In this document: one piece after another, positions 19,579 to 29,177 of the stretch
Position numbering within the stretch: the first letter of the stretch is position 1
Layout: every line of letters starts with the position of its first letter
Origin: Clostridiales bacterium
GTDB taxonomy: Bacteria > Bacillota > Clostridia > Saccharofermentanales > Saccharofermentanaceae
DNA length: 64,000 bases
Assembly: GCA_017513085.1 (NCBI GenBank)
Contig: JAFWDK010000029.1
Coordinates: forward strand, 64,001 to 128,000
Reading direction: 5' to 3'
The notes under the pieces: model-generated
The model's database searches: none
What the model was told of the DNA's origin: nothing
The model's input: the letters and a program-made list of their open reading frames with translations, nothing else
Program-made: the position numbers and the translations under genes

Positions 19579-21924
19579 ATGAAAAAGACAGCACAGAGAA
19601 TAGCGGGAGCAGGGTTGGGGATACTGATTCTGATCTCTTCGGTTTCTTGTAAAAACAAAGGAAAGGAAAGCGTTCTCCCTTCGGAAAGTGCTTCGGAAGG
19701 AACGACCCGTGAAGAGATCGTGGCTCTGAATGACGGGCAGTATGTGAAAGAAGATGACCCGTATTTCGAATGCAGGGAGATCCCGCTTTCTATCCGTCCG
19801 GAAGAGGGAAAAAACATCAAAGATTATGAGCTTTTCCATACGACGATCGGTGAAGGAAAGATCGTCGCCGGCCTCTATTCGAGATATACCGATGGAAGCG
19901 ACAGCAATCGGATCGTGACTTTCAATATGGATGGAGAAATCATCAGTAGCGCTACGCTTCCGGAAGGAGAAAGCCTGGTCTCTGTTGCGAATGGAAGAAA
20001 CGGAGAGATCCTGGTCATGACTGATGCGAATGCTTCGAATAAAAACGAAGCGTTTATGTGCGTTTACAAAGTCTTAGATGACGTAACTCTGGCAAAAGCA
20101 CTGGATCTTCCTAATGGAATCCGGATGAGCAGCAATGCGTTCTTTACCGAAATGGAGGATGGATCGTATCTTACCCATGACTACGGACGGATCCTCCGGT
20201 TCAGTCCTTCCGGTGAGATTCTGACGGATATGACAGTCGGGAACGCACAGCACTCGATGATCCATATCGACGGGGAATGGTTCGTGGTCACCTATGAGTG
20301 GAATGATGATTTCACGGAAGAGGTGAACTCGATACTAAAGGTCGATCTTTCTGAAGGAAAGACGGTTGGAGAGAAGATGCGGATCGACAGTAAGTGGATG
20401 TATAGTTTTACGCAGACAGGAGATGCGTGTTACCACGCGGATGTGAACGGGATCTATAAACTCGACATGAAAGGAAACACGAAGAGCCTGGTGCTTTCCT
20501 GGAACGAAACAGACTGTGTTCCCGGGATCATGCTGGATCCGGTCTTCCAGGTTCCATCTTCTGACGAAGTGCTTTTCGTGAAGAAGGATTTTTCGCATGA
20601 AGACATAGTTTCTTCTGTTCCGAAGTATTCTCTGATGCATCTGACGAGGGCGAAGACGAATCCGCACGCAGGGAAAAGGATCCTGACTGCGGCGGTGGCC
20701 GGGGAAGAAGGGAAAACGGAATTTCATGAAATCATGATCCGGTATAATACCGACCCGCAGAGTACGGCCCGTATCCAGATCGTAGACTATAACGGTCTGT
20801 TCGGAATCTATGGTTCGACAGAAACGATGGAGGATCTTCTGGATCGGATCAACATGGAGATCATGTCCGGAAATGGTCCGGATATTCTTGTGAACTGTGC
20901 CGGATACCCGCGCTTTTCCAGCGGAGCGCGGATGGCGGATATGAATCCATTCCTGGATGGATCTTCCGGGATCACGAGAAGTGAATACTACGACAATCTT
21001 TTCCATGCATTTGAGACCGATGGAAAACTCTATCAGATCCCGATCTGCGTCGAGATCAGCGGGCTGGCTATCAATGACAGTGCACTCGGAAACAAGCACG
21101 AGTATTCCATTCATGACCTGCTTTCTGTCTCGGAGACGCTTCCAACGGATATGGCGCTTTTCCCGGTATATTCCCACGAAGATATTCTGGATATGCTCCT
21201 TCCGGTAGCTTTGAAAAACTTTGTAAATGATGACGGTCAAACCTGTAAGTTTGACTCCCAAGAGTTCTGTGAGCTTCTACAGTTTTGCAGGACATATGGA
21301 TCGCCTAAAGAATCCATAAGTCAGAATGGGAGTGCATGGACGGATCCGATCGACTATCTGGATCTGGAGACGGTTGCCGCAGTTCCCTATTCTTTCGATT
21401 CATTCTTCCATTACGGAGAATACATGACCGCACTTCACGGGAAAGTGCTTTTCAGCGGGTATCCGGTAACAGAAGGGACGGGGATCGCGGCGGAAGCGGT
21501 CATGTCGGCGTGCATCTGCGCCTCCTCATCTGGTAAAGAAGAGGCGTGGGATTTCATCCGGTATCTTCTCTCTATCGAGACACAGAAAACCATTGCCGGA
21601 TCCGGCGGGGGATTCCCGGTACAGCGTCAGGTTTTTTCTGAGCATATAAAGACACGGATGAATCAATATGAGTCGCGCCTGGAAGGAAATTCCGACTCAG
21701 AAGGAGACATTAAGCTGCGGGCGATCCTCAGCGAGAAAGAGAAGGTGCTGGATGGCCTCTCAGATCTTATGGCACGCGTTAATTCCCAGATCTCCTCGGA
21801 TCCATATATTCAGGATATTATAAAAGAAGAGGCAGCAGCTTATTTTTCCGGACAGAAAAGCGCGGAAGAGGTGAGCCGTATTATCCAGAACCGCGCAATG
21901 ACGATCGTCCTGGAGAGAGGATAG
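19579..21924 (+). CDS. Large lipoprotein with C-terminal extracellular solute-binding (family 1-like) domain
   Basis: Lipobox SVSC; GNGPDIL, DGKLYQIP, EEAWDFI and IIKEEAAAYFSG motifs. Confidence 0.85.
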   Translation: MKKTAQRIAGAGLGILILISSVSCKNKGKESVLPSESASEGTTREEIVALNDGQYVKEDDPYFECREIPLSIRPEEGKNIKDYELFHTTIGEGKIVAGLYSRYTDGSDSNRIVTFNMDGEIISSATLPEGESLVSVANGRNGEILVMTDANASNKNEAFMCVYKVLDDVTLAKALDLPNGIRMSSNAFFTEMEDGSYLTHDYGRILRFSPSGEILTDMTVGNAQHSMIHIDGEWFVVTYEWNDDFTEEVNSILKVDLSEGKTVGEKMRIDSKWMYSFTQTGDACYHADVNGIYKLDMKGNTKSLVLSWNETDCVPGIMLDPVFQVPSSDEVLFVKKDFSHEDIVSSVPKYSLMHLTRAKTNPHAGKRILTAAVAGEEGKTEFHEIMIRYNTDPQSTARIQIVDYNGLFGIYGSTETMEDLLDRINMEIMSGNGPDILVNCAGYPRFSSGARMADMNPFLDGSSGITRSEYYDNLFHAFETDGKLYQIPICVEISGLAINDSALGNKHEYSIHDLLSVSETLPTDMALFPVYSHEDILDMLLPVALKNFVNDDGQTCKFDSQEFCELLQFCRTYGSPKESISQNGSAWTDPIDYLDLETVAAVPYSFDSFFHYGEYMTALHGKVLFSGYPVTEGTGIAAEAVMSACICASSSGKEEAWDFIRYLLSIETQKTIAGSGGGFPVQRQVFSEHIKTRMNQYESRLEGNSDSEGDIKLRAILSEKEKVLDGLSDLMARVNSQISSDPYIQDIIKEEAAAYFSGQKSAEEVSRIIQNRAMTIVLERG

Positions 21925-22087
21925 ATCTAGGCATACGACGATATGCCGGAATTTTTTTAAATGGTTATACGAGGCATGGAACTTGTATGACAGAAAAAAG
22001 GCTCTCATTCCCAAGGATTTCGTGAAGAGCCAAGAAAAAACGAAAGAGAAGGTAACTGTTTTGTTGATTGAAGAAAAGAATTCTATC

Positions 22088-24406
22088 ATGAAAAAAGTGA
22101 TATCTGCTATTCTCGCTGTAGCGGTCGCTCTGACTATGTCGGGATGTAATATAAGCACTTCGTCGGAAAAGCAGAGCGGATCATCGGTCAACACGAAAAA
22201 AAGGCAGGAAGTCGTTGCGGAGTCCGATCCGTACTTCTACATAACGGAGAAGGAACTGTCTATCCCGGTTGAAAAGGACAGGAAAGTTGTCTATGCCGAT
22301 GTAGGAGAGTGCAGATTCGTCGGAGATCAGGTCTTTGTTTCCTACATGCTCTTCTACGAAACCGAAGGGGAACCGGAAGGCATTCTTGGAAGAGTGCTTT
22401 TTGATAAAGAGGGGAATCTTCTTGCGGATCTATCTTCCAAGGCGGAGTCGAAGGAGCGGATCGAGAAGATCATCGAAGATAACAGCCATGAACTTTATGC
22501 GATCTCATTTGATTCATCGGAATTTTCCTATTCGATCCAAAAGCTTAATAAGGACGGTTTGCACGGAGAAAAAAGAAAGATCCCTGCGGAAATAGACGAA
22601 GAAAGTGAAGTGCTTTTCCTGCAGGATGGAAACCTGATGATCGCCAATATGGGTGAGTTGCGCGTGATTGCGCCGGATGGCTCGCTGACCGGTTCATGCA
22701 GTCAGGAAGAGTTCATGGGACGGGTCTTCATTCAGGACGGGAAATACTATGGCGGATGTAACCACTATTCGCCGGAGGATTGGGATGAAAGCTATACCTA
22801 TATCCGTGAGATCGATCCGAAGACAGGTGAACTGAAGGGCAATAAGATCAAGTGCGGGGATTTTTCACGCATGTCGCGGGAAAAGGACCGGAGCTATCTT
22901 CTTTCGGCGGGGGAGATCGCAAAGGTCGATCTTCTGGATCCTTCTAAGAATCAGGTGGTGTTCAGCTGGAACGATACCGACTATGATTCCGCGCGGATCC
23001 TGGATACGAAGGTCAGTTCGGATCAGGAATTCTATTTCATCGAAGAATCGGGAAATGCGGAATCAGAAGAAAACGACGATCCCAGAGTGGAACTGAAACT
23101 GTTGCAGGCTGTCCGCGCAGAGAAGAATCCCAATGCCGGAAAAAAGATCATTCGCGTGGGTGTATTCGAACAGGATGTAAATTTCAAAAGACATGTCAAC
23201 CAGTATAATCTGGATGCGGATTCAACAAGCCGCGTAGAGCTGTATTATTATTCTCTCAACAGTGTTCCCGCGTCTTCCGGATTGGAAATGGAGAAGCGTA
23301 TTGCGGAGAAGATCTCGATGGATCTGCTAAGTGGTGACGGACCGGATATTCTGATGAATGCGTCGTGGCTTTCTCAGTTTAATACTGACAAAGTACTGGT
23401 TGACCTGAATACTTTTATCGACAGCACAGATGGTTCCGGGCTGGACAGGAGTGAATATTTGGATAGCCTGTTCCGGGCCTCGGAACAGGGTGGGAAACTC
23501 TATCACTTGCCTCTGACTTTTTACGTGCATGGCTGGGTCGCCAACCGTGAGCTTCTGGGAGATACATCTTCTTATTCGTATAAGGAATTTCTGGACGCTT
23601 GTGAAAAACTTCCCGAAGATGTCTCTGTATTCACGGAAAGCCCATATAACGACCTGCTTTCACTGCTTCCTGTTTCTGAGTTCGTTGATTATGAGAAGGG
23701 CCAGGTGCACTTCGAGGATCCGGAATTTAAGCAGCTTCTGGAACTGGTCAGAAAATATGGCTCGCCGAGGACGCATGAACAGCTTGCCAAGGAGATGGAA
23801 GATGAAGGGAGCGCCAGACCGGACAGCGGAGAGCTTTTCTGCGAGAACATGCTGGCCTTTACAACAGAAGCATTTGGGGATCTTTTCTCCTTCACCAGAG
23901 CGAAGAAAAGGCTTGGAGGAAAGGGTGTTTTCTGCGGGAGCCCCAGCCGTTCCGGAGGATCTATGATGGCAAGAGTAAGCATCTCTATGGCGATCTCCGC
24001 ATCCTCCAAGAATCAGAATGAAGCATGGGAATTCCTGCGCTTTATGGTCTCGGATGAACAGCAGGAGATGATGACGGAATCCCTAAACTGCAATTTCATT
24101 CCCGTGTCCCGAAAAGCACTGAATCTTCAGAATGAAAAGTGGATGGAGTTCAACCGGAAAAGAATCGAAAACTATGTTCCCGATCCGCGGTATCCGGATG
24201 AGAAGCCTCTCGAAATTACCGATGAAACACTCTCGGAGTACATGAAAATTTTGGAGAGTATCCGGCTCATTTCATCTTCCGATCCGGAGCTGATGTCGAT
24301 CGTGATGGAAGAAGCGGCAGGGTATTTTGCAAGTCAGCGGAGCCTGGACGAAGTGTGCAGTACGATATCGAACCGGGCAAAGACGATCGTGCAGGAAAGA
24401 GGATAA
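22088..24406 (+). CDS. Large lipoprotein with solute-binding domain (paralog 2)
   Basis: Lipobox MSGC; ESDPYF, GDGPDIL, NEAWEFL and EEAAGYF shared with neighbours. Confidence 0.85.
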   Translation: MKKVISAILAVAVALTMSGCNISTSSEKQSGSSVNTKKRQEVVAESDPYFYITEKELSIPVEKDRKVVYADVGECRFVGDQVFVSYMLFYETEGEPEGILGRVLFDKEGNLLADLSSKAESKERIEKIIEDNSHELYAISFDSSEFSYSIQKLNKDGLHGEKRKIPAEIDEESEVLFLQDGNLMIANMGELRVIAPDGSLTGSCSQEEFMGRVFIQDGKYYGGCNHYSPEDWDESYTYIREIDPKTGELKGNKIKCGDFSRMSREKDRSYLLSAGEIAKVDLLDPSKNQVVFSWNDTDYDSARILDTKVSSDQEFYFIEESGNAESEENDDPRVELKLLQAVRAEKNPNAGKKIIRVGVFEQDVNFKRHVNQYNLDADSTSRVELYYYSLNSVPASSGLEMEKRIAEKISMDLLSGDGPDILMNASWLSQFNTDKVLVDLNTFIDSTDGSGLDRSEYLDSLFRASEQGGKLYHLPLTFYVHGWVANRELLGDTSSYSYKEFLDACEKLPEDVSVFTESPYNDLLSLLPVSEFVDYEKGQVHFEDPEFKQLLELVRKYGSPRTHEQLAKEMEDEGSARPDSGELFCENMLAFTTEAFGDLFSFTRAKKRLGGKGVFCGSPSRSGGSMMARVSISMAISASSKNQNEAWEFLRFMVSDEQQEMMTESLNCNFIPVSRKALNLQNEKWMEFNRKRIENYVPDPRYPDEKPLEITDETLSEYMKILESIRLISSSDPELMSIVMEEAAGYFASQRSLDEVCSTISNRAKTIVQERG

Positions 24407-24411
24407 GATAC

Positions 24412-26619
24412 ATGATGAAAAAACAAAATCTTCCATTGAAAAAAATGGTGTCGACATTTCTCGCGATATCGATGGTCCTGACCATAGCGGGATGCCGTAA
24501 GCCGAAAGAAAAACAGAAGAAAGAGTATCGTGTCGTAAAGGAGTCGGACCCGTATTATTCCGCATCGGAAGTGGAGTTGATTATTCCTCGTAAGGAGGGA
24601 AAAGAACTGCAGCAGTTTCTTGTAAATAAACCGGAGATCGTGGACGGGAAGATCCGCTTTAAATTCGATGCGAGCTACAAGGTTCCGAAAGAACTGAATG
24701 ACAAGCAGTACCTATGCGCGCAGAACCTCGATAACTTCACGGAAGAGGAGAAACTGGCGATTTGGGAAGAGTGGATCAGCTATTTCGATGAAGGCATTGC
24801 CTGCTTTGACCTTAACGGGAATTTCCTCGGTGTGGAAAAAGAAGAGGAGGATCCTCGTGCTTCTATGCACTGGGCAGGTGAGCATTCGGAGCTTTTCTAT
24901 TGCCGCTCCCTTTCGGATGGAAGAAGCCTCGGCTGGAACTTCGAAAAGATAGTGCTTTTCGATCCGGAGGGAAAAGAACTGGCGAGCTATGTTCCCGAGT
25001 TGTTTTCGGGAGAAGTCTTAGTAGTGGGAGATGAGATCTTTGTTTCCGGCCGCCACTATGATGAGAAGAATACTGAAGCGTCGTATGACTACATCGTCCG
25101 GCTGGATAATCAGACGCTGAAAGAAAATGGAGATCAGATCCGGCTTTCCGGATCGGTCAGTATGGGGGATATCTGTGCGGGTGATCAGGGTCTTTTCCGG
25201 ATGAGCTCCAATGGAATAAATAAGATCAATACCGATAGCGGAAAAGAGGAAGAATTCCTTCTCTGGAGTGATACCGATCTGAATTATGTGGGCATGATCG
25301 GAGATGGCGCGCAGATCGGTAGCAATAAGTGTCAGCTGATCAAGTATGTGAACGAGGAAACAGATGAGAATGGACATCTGGTCATGCACGTTCTTCTTGT
25401 CACGCTTACTAAGGAAACGAAAAATCCGCATGCCGGAAAGACGGTGCTCACGCTCGGTGATGCACGTGAAAATGATGCAGATCTTGTTGAAACGGTGGTT
25501 GCATATAACCTGCTTCCGGATAAGAAAGTTCGGATCGAGGTGCACGACTATTCTTCCTATGCAAGTGCTTATGGTGCCTACGAGAAAGTCATCTCCAAGA
25601 TCGCCGATCAGGTCTATCTCGATCTTCTTGGCGGAACCGGTCCCGATATTCTCGTGAACTTCGCCACCTCACCCTCCTTTCAGACAGAAGATGTACTTCT
25701 GGATCTGATGCCGTACCTAAGCGGAGATACCGGGCTTTCGGATCAGAAATACTACAGTACTCTTCTTCGTGCCTATGAAAAGGACGGAAAAGTATTCCAT
25801 CTTCCGACAAATGTGGAACTCCTTGGCTTCTGGGGAAACCAGGAATTCCTGCCGGATACAGTATCCATTTCAGCTTCCGGTTTTGATACGATCCGCGCCT
25901 CTTTGCCGGAGAATACTCTGCTTCTTCCTGCAGCGGAATACGACGATCTTCTGGAGACATGGCTTCCGCAGATTTTAGGACAGTATCTGGATATGCAAAA
26001 CGGCCGGGCAGACTTCAATAATGATTCTTTTACCGCACTTCTTGAAGCAGTCAAAAAGTATGGATCCCACGTGGAAGAACCGATTGAGATCGAGTATGAA
26101 GAAGCGATGGCAAAAGCACCGGAGACGCTTCTTCACGAGAAAATGGTGGCGATGATCCCGTACATTATCTCTTCGCCAAAGGCTTATAAGGACTGCCTTG
26201 CGCTTGGTAATGGACACGGAAGAGTCTATGCTTTTGGAGATGTTTCCGGCATGGCAGTTGACAGCCGGATGACGGTAGCCATCTCAAAGAGTACGCCTTA
26301 TGCGCAGGAGGCATGGGACTTCCTCTGCACGCTTTTTAACGAAGAGAACCAGAAACACTTCGCGGAGAATCTCGGCGGGATCCCCGTATCCAGAAACGGC
26401 GTGGATGCACTCTGCAAAAAGTGTGAGATGACAGAAAATGAGGCAAGTGCTTTTGAAGCGGAATTAGAGAGGACACATGAAGTTTGCGTCAGGGATGACT
26501 CGATCATGGACATCGTAAAAGAAGAAGCAGAAGGATTCTTCATGGGCCAGAAAGAGATCCGCTCCGTGGTCAGCACGATCAATAACCGCGTGGCGACGAT
26601 CCTCAAGGAGAGAAAGTGA
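24412..26619 (+). CDS. Large lipoprotein with solute-binding domain (paralog 3)
   Basis: Lipobox IAGC; ESDPYY, GTGPDIL, QEAWDFL and EEAEGFF. Confidence 0.85.
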   Translation: MMKKQNLPLKKMVSTFLAISMVLTIAGCRKPKEKQKKEYRVVKESDPYYSASEVELIIPRKEGKELQQFLVNKPEIVDGKIRFKFDASYKVPKELNDKQYLCAQNLDNFTEEEKLAIWEEWISYFDEGIACFDLNGNFLGVEKEEEDPRASMHWAGEHSELFYCRSLSDGRSLGWNFEKIVLFDPEGKELASYVPELFSGEVLVVGDEIFVSGRHYDEKNTEASYDYIVRLDNQTLKENGDQIRLSGSVSMGDICAGDQGLFRMSSNGINKINTDSGKEEEFLLWSDTDLNYVGMIGDGAQIGSNKCQLIKYVNEETDENGHLVMHVLLVTLTKETKNPHAGKTVLTLGDARENDADLVETVVAYNLLPDKKVRIEVHDYSSYASAYGAYEKVISKIADQVYLDLLGGTGPDILVNFATSPSFQTEDVLLDLMPYLSGDTGLSDQKYYSTLLRAYEKDGKVFHLPTNVELLGFWGNQEFLPDTVSISASGFDTIRASLPENTLLLPAAEYDDLLETWLPQILGQYLDMQNGRADFNNDSFTALLEAVKKYGSHVEEPIEIEYEEAMAKAPETLLHEKMVAMIPYIISSPKAYKDCLALGNGHGRVYAFGDVSGMAVDSRMTVAISKSTPYAQEAWDFLCTLFNEENQKHFAENLGGIPVSRNGVDALCKKCEMTENEASAFEAELERTHEVCVRDDSIMDIVKEEAEGFFMGQKEIRSVVSTINNRVATILKERK

Positions 26620-26716
26620 CAGATGGAGTAACGGAGATATTGACAATCGGTTTTTAGTATTCCATGGGGGCATCATAAACTGATTTTTGAATCATAGTTC
26701 GCTTAAAAAGCTTGTC

Positions 26717-28207
26717 TTATTTAATTATTCCCAGGGTGGACAGCCCGCCGAGCATGATAAGGACCAGGATCGCCAGTACAATGATCAATGGTTTGAGCAT
26801 ATAAGTCTGTCCGGCGTTTTTGACTTCGTAGATCACCCAGTCATCACTTGCCGGTTCGCTTGCTGATCCGCAGTATGGACAGTTTCTGGTCTTAAATGAA
26901 TTGAAGCTGGCGCCGCAGTTCCGACACTGGATCTTCGCGATGGAGAAGTTGGAAGTGGTCGGGACATCAGTTCTTCGCCCAGCCTTGATCCGGTATACTT
27001 CGCGTTGTGACTTGATATGGTCGCCCAGATCACGTGTGACATCGACAAAAAGATTGCCCGTGACATAGACATATTTGCCTTCCTGTTTGATCTTGTTGCA
27101 GGACATCCATCCGCTAAAAGCACAGTCGACCACATTGTCGAATTCTGATCCGATGTCGCCGCCTTCGTAGAAGGGGAGGGAGGCACGGTTATCGGAAAAA
27201 GCAATCAGCTTAAACAAGGAAGTGATTCTTGAAGAGAAGGTCTCAAAGGTGTAAGCAGGCATGATCTTCGACATTTTAGCTTCGAATATTTTTCTTGATC
27301 TGCCTACTGAGAGAGCCGGACCTGTTCCCGTACCGATCTGACGCCCCGCGGCGGCAAAAATCGAAAACATCCACATGAAGTAACCGATGAGCGGGCTTAT
27401 GAGGATCGTGCCCAAAACGTACCTGATCAAGATCATCGGGGTGAAGGATCCATAGGTCTCCGGCATCGTATGGCGCTGGTACCAGGCGACACCTACCATC
27501 AAAGGGATCATGACGGGAAGAGAATACAGTCCGTATTTAATGATGGTCTTCTTGATCGGATCGCGTTTCCCGTGCGTGTCATAAGTAAAAAAGTAATTCG
27601 TTACCTTCGGATACAGTTCGGACATCTTAAACGCCGTTCCACAGTGACTGCATCCCTCCTGCAGTTCTTTGATCGTGGAGACCGAACCGCAGTTCGGGCA
27701 GCAGTAAGTATCGCCGCTGACATCTTCACCGCTTCGCACATCGACTACAGTTTCGTATATCGCCTGCGGCTCCTTTTTCTTATAGGGTTTCATATTGGGA
27801 CGGTCGAAGGTCTTCGTATGCTCGACAAAACCGACCGACCACGATGTCTCATACTGACCGTCCTGCCAGGAGCGGACGTTGTTGAATCCTTCTTGGAAAT
27901 AGGCACCGGGGACCATCTCGTCCGTGAAGCGCAGACTTCTATTCGCGATGCGCTTCTGCTGCAGTTCCAAGCAGTACCGGAGTTCTCTGTCTGCCGACAT
28001 CACTTTGGCACCCGGTTCATTCGCGTGATTTAATTCTTCGCGAAAAGCGGCGGCGACGGCGTCTCTGGTCGGCTTTCTGTCTTCCGTTACTGCGGAGGTG
28101 CCATCAAGCATCGCCGAAGCTTCTTCCACGCTCACGCCTGATGCAAGAGCAACTGCTTCCTCTTCCGTAAGCCAGTTCTTTTTCGGATTCGTATTATTCT
28201 CGCTCAT
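26717..28207 (-). CDS. Membrane protein with two zinc ribbons
   Basis: CPNCG..CSHCG and CRNCG..CPYCG; central and C-terminal TM helices. Confidence 0.75.
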   Translation of the reverse strand: MSENNTNPKKNWLTEEEAVALASGVSVEEASAMLDGTSAVTEDRKPTRDAVAAAFREELNHANEPGAKVMSADRELRYCLELQQKRIANRSLRFTDEMVPGAYFQEGFNNVRSWQDGQYETSWSVGFVEHTKTFDRPNMKPYKKKEPQAIYETVVDVRSGEDVSGDTYCCPNCGSVSTIKELQEGCSHCGTAFKMSELYPKVTNYFFTYDTHGKRDPIKKTIIKYGLYSLPVMIPLMVGVAWYQRHTMPETYGSFTPMILIRYVLGTILISPLIGYFMWMFSIFAAAGRQIGTGTGPALSVGRSRKIFEAKMSKIMPAYTFETFSSRITSLFKLIAFSDNRASLPFYEGGDIGSEFDNVVDCAFSGWMSCNKIKQEGKYVYVTGNLFVDVTRDLGDHIKSQREVYRIKAGRRTDVPTTSNFSIAKIQCRNCGASFNSFKTRNCPYCGSASEPASDDWVIYEVKNAGQTYMLKPLIIVLAILVLIMLGGLSTLGIIK

Positions 28208-28303
28208 ATTTTTTACCCCGTATTTGCATGCCCCTGTTTACCATGTCTTTATCTTACCACGTTCATCTTCATGAACAAAGAGATTCGTCTCTTCGATGCT
28301 CTG

Positions 28304-29002
28304 TCAATTCCCATCGATCGGGAAATCGAAGGAGATTACATAGTCACCTATATGATGAACCTGCAGCATGCACATTTGTCTGTCTCTTTGGAAGCTTACG
28401 TTCCAAGAGTCTTCGCTGCTTTTCATGTCGGTACGGATCGCGAAATCTTCCGACTGGATCTTGTCAGCGATTGCCTGAGCTACCTCGAATGCAAAATCCT
28501 TATCTTCAATATGCAGTTCCAGGGTAATGTTGCCAGGGCCTTCAAAAATCGGATCACACTTGAATCCGGAGAAGACAGAGATCCTGCTGATATAGCATGT
28601 GGTGTCCGAAGAGCCTTCATAGAATAACCAGCTGAAGTCGTCATCCTTTTTCGTGAAAGTTCTGCAGCCGTCCATGTTGATAGTCTCGTAATAATCCGCG
28701 CTCTTTGTGCCTGTTTTCACATTCATCGTGTTCCAGAGATCTTTGACGATCTCCTCTGTTGTCATCCCGTCCAGACGGAGAATGATCGAATCATTGGTGA
28801 CCGGCTTCGTCTCCGAAAGAGTTGTGGCCGCCTCTATCTGGATTTCAGGATTTTCAGATCTTCTGGTCGATTCTGCGAGGTTGGTATGCGTATCTTTGGT
28901 CGATCCCTGATTCTCCTTCTTAGAACAAGCAGTGGTGGCTCCGATGAGCATTGCTACGGTAAGTGTTGTGGCGATGATTCTGATAATAGCTTTCGTTTTC
29001 AT
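28304..29002 (-). CDS. Lipoprotein homologous to the C-terminal domain of the upstream sigma fusion
   Basis: Lipobox TTAC; NDSIILRLDGMTTEEIVKDLW, CDPIFEG and DYVISFDFP match the neighbour's C-terminus. Confidence 0.8.
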   Translation of the reverse strand: MKTKAIIRIIATTLTVAMLIGATTACSKKENQGSTKDTHTNLAESTRRSENPEIQIEAATTLSETKPVTNDSIILRLDGMTTEEIVKDLWNTMNVKTGTKSADYYETINMDGCRTFTKKDDDFSWLFYEGSSDTTCYISRISVFSGFKCDPIFEGPGNITLELHIEDKDFAFEVAQAIADKIQSEDFAIRTDMKSSEDSWNVSFQRDRQMCMLQVHHIGDYVISFDFPIDGN

Positions 29003-29108
29003 AATTCGTATTCCTTTCGTATTCGCATGTAGCGTTATAGGCTTAAGTGCTTTTCAAAAAGCATCTTCCGTAGATGGGGTAACAGGCTGCGTCGGACATC
29101 CTGTTTCC

Positions 29109-29156
29109 CCGCATCTACCCTATAGACGAATAACGAAAGGGAATTATTGGGTGGTT
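29109..29156 (-). promoter_or_regulatory. Putative ECF-type promoter, copy upstream of the lipoprotein
   Basis: Minus strand AACCACCCAATAA-N11-TATTCGTCTATAGG-NN-AGATGCGG; blocks identical to 30611-30658. Confidence 0.7.
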
Positions 29157-29177
29157 TTAGAAGATTTTTCAAAAAGA

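Noticed and set aside
20335-21261. 308-aa minus-strand ORF and similar long antisense ORFs (e.g. 59353-60267, 61941-62774)
   Set aside because: Fully opposite well-supported genes with no motifs; explained by codon bias
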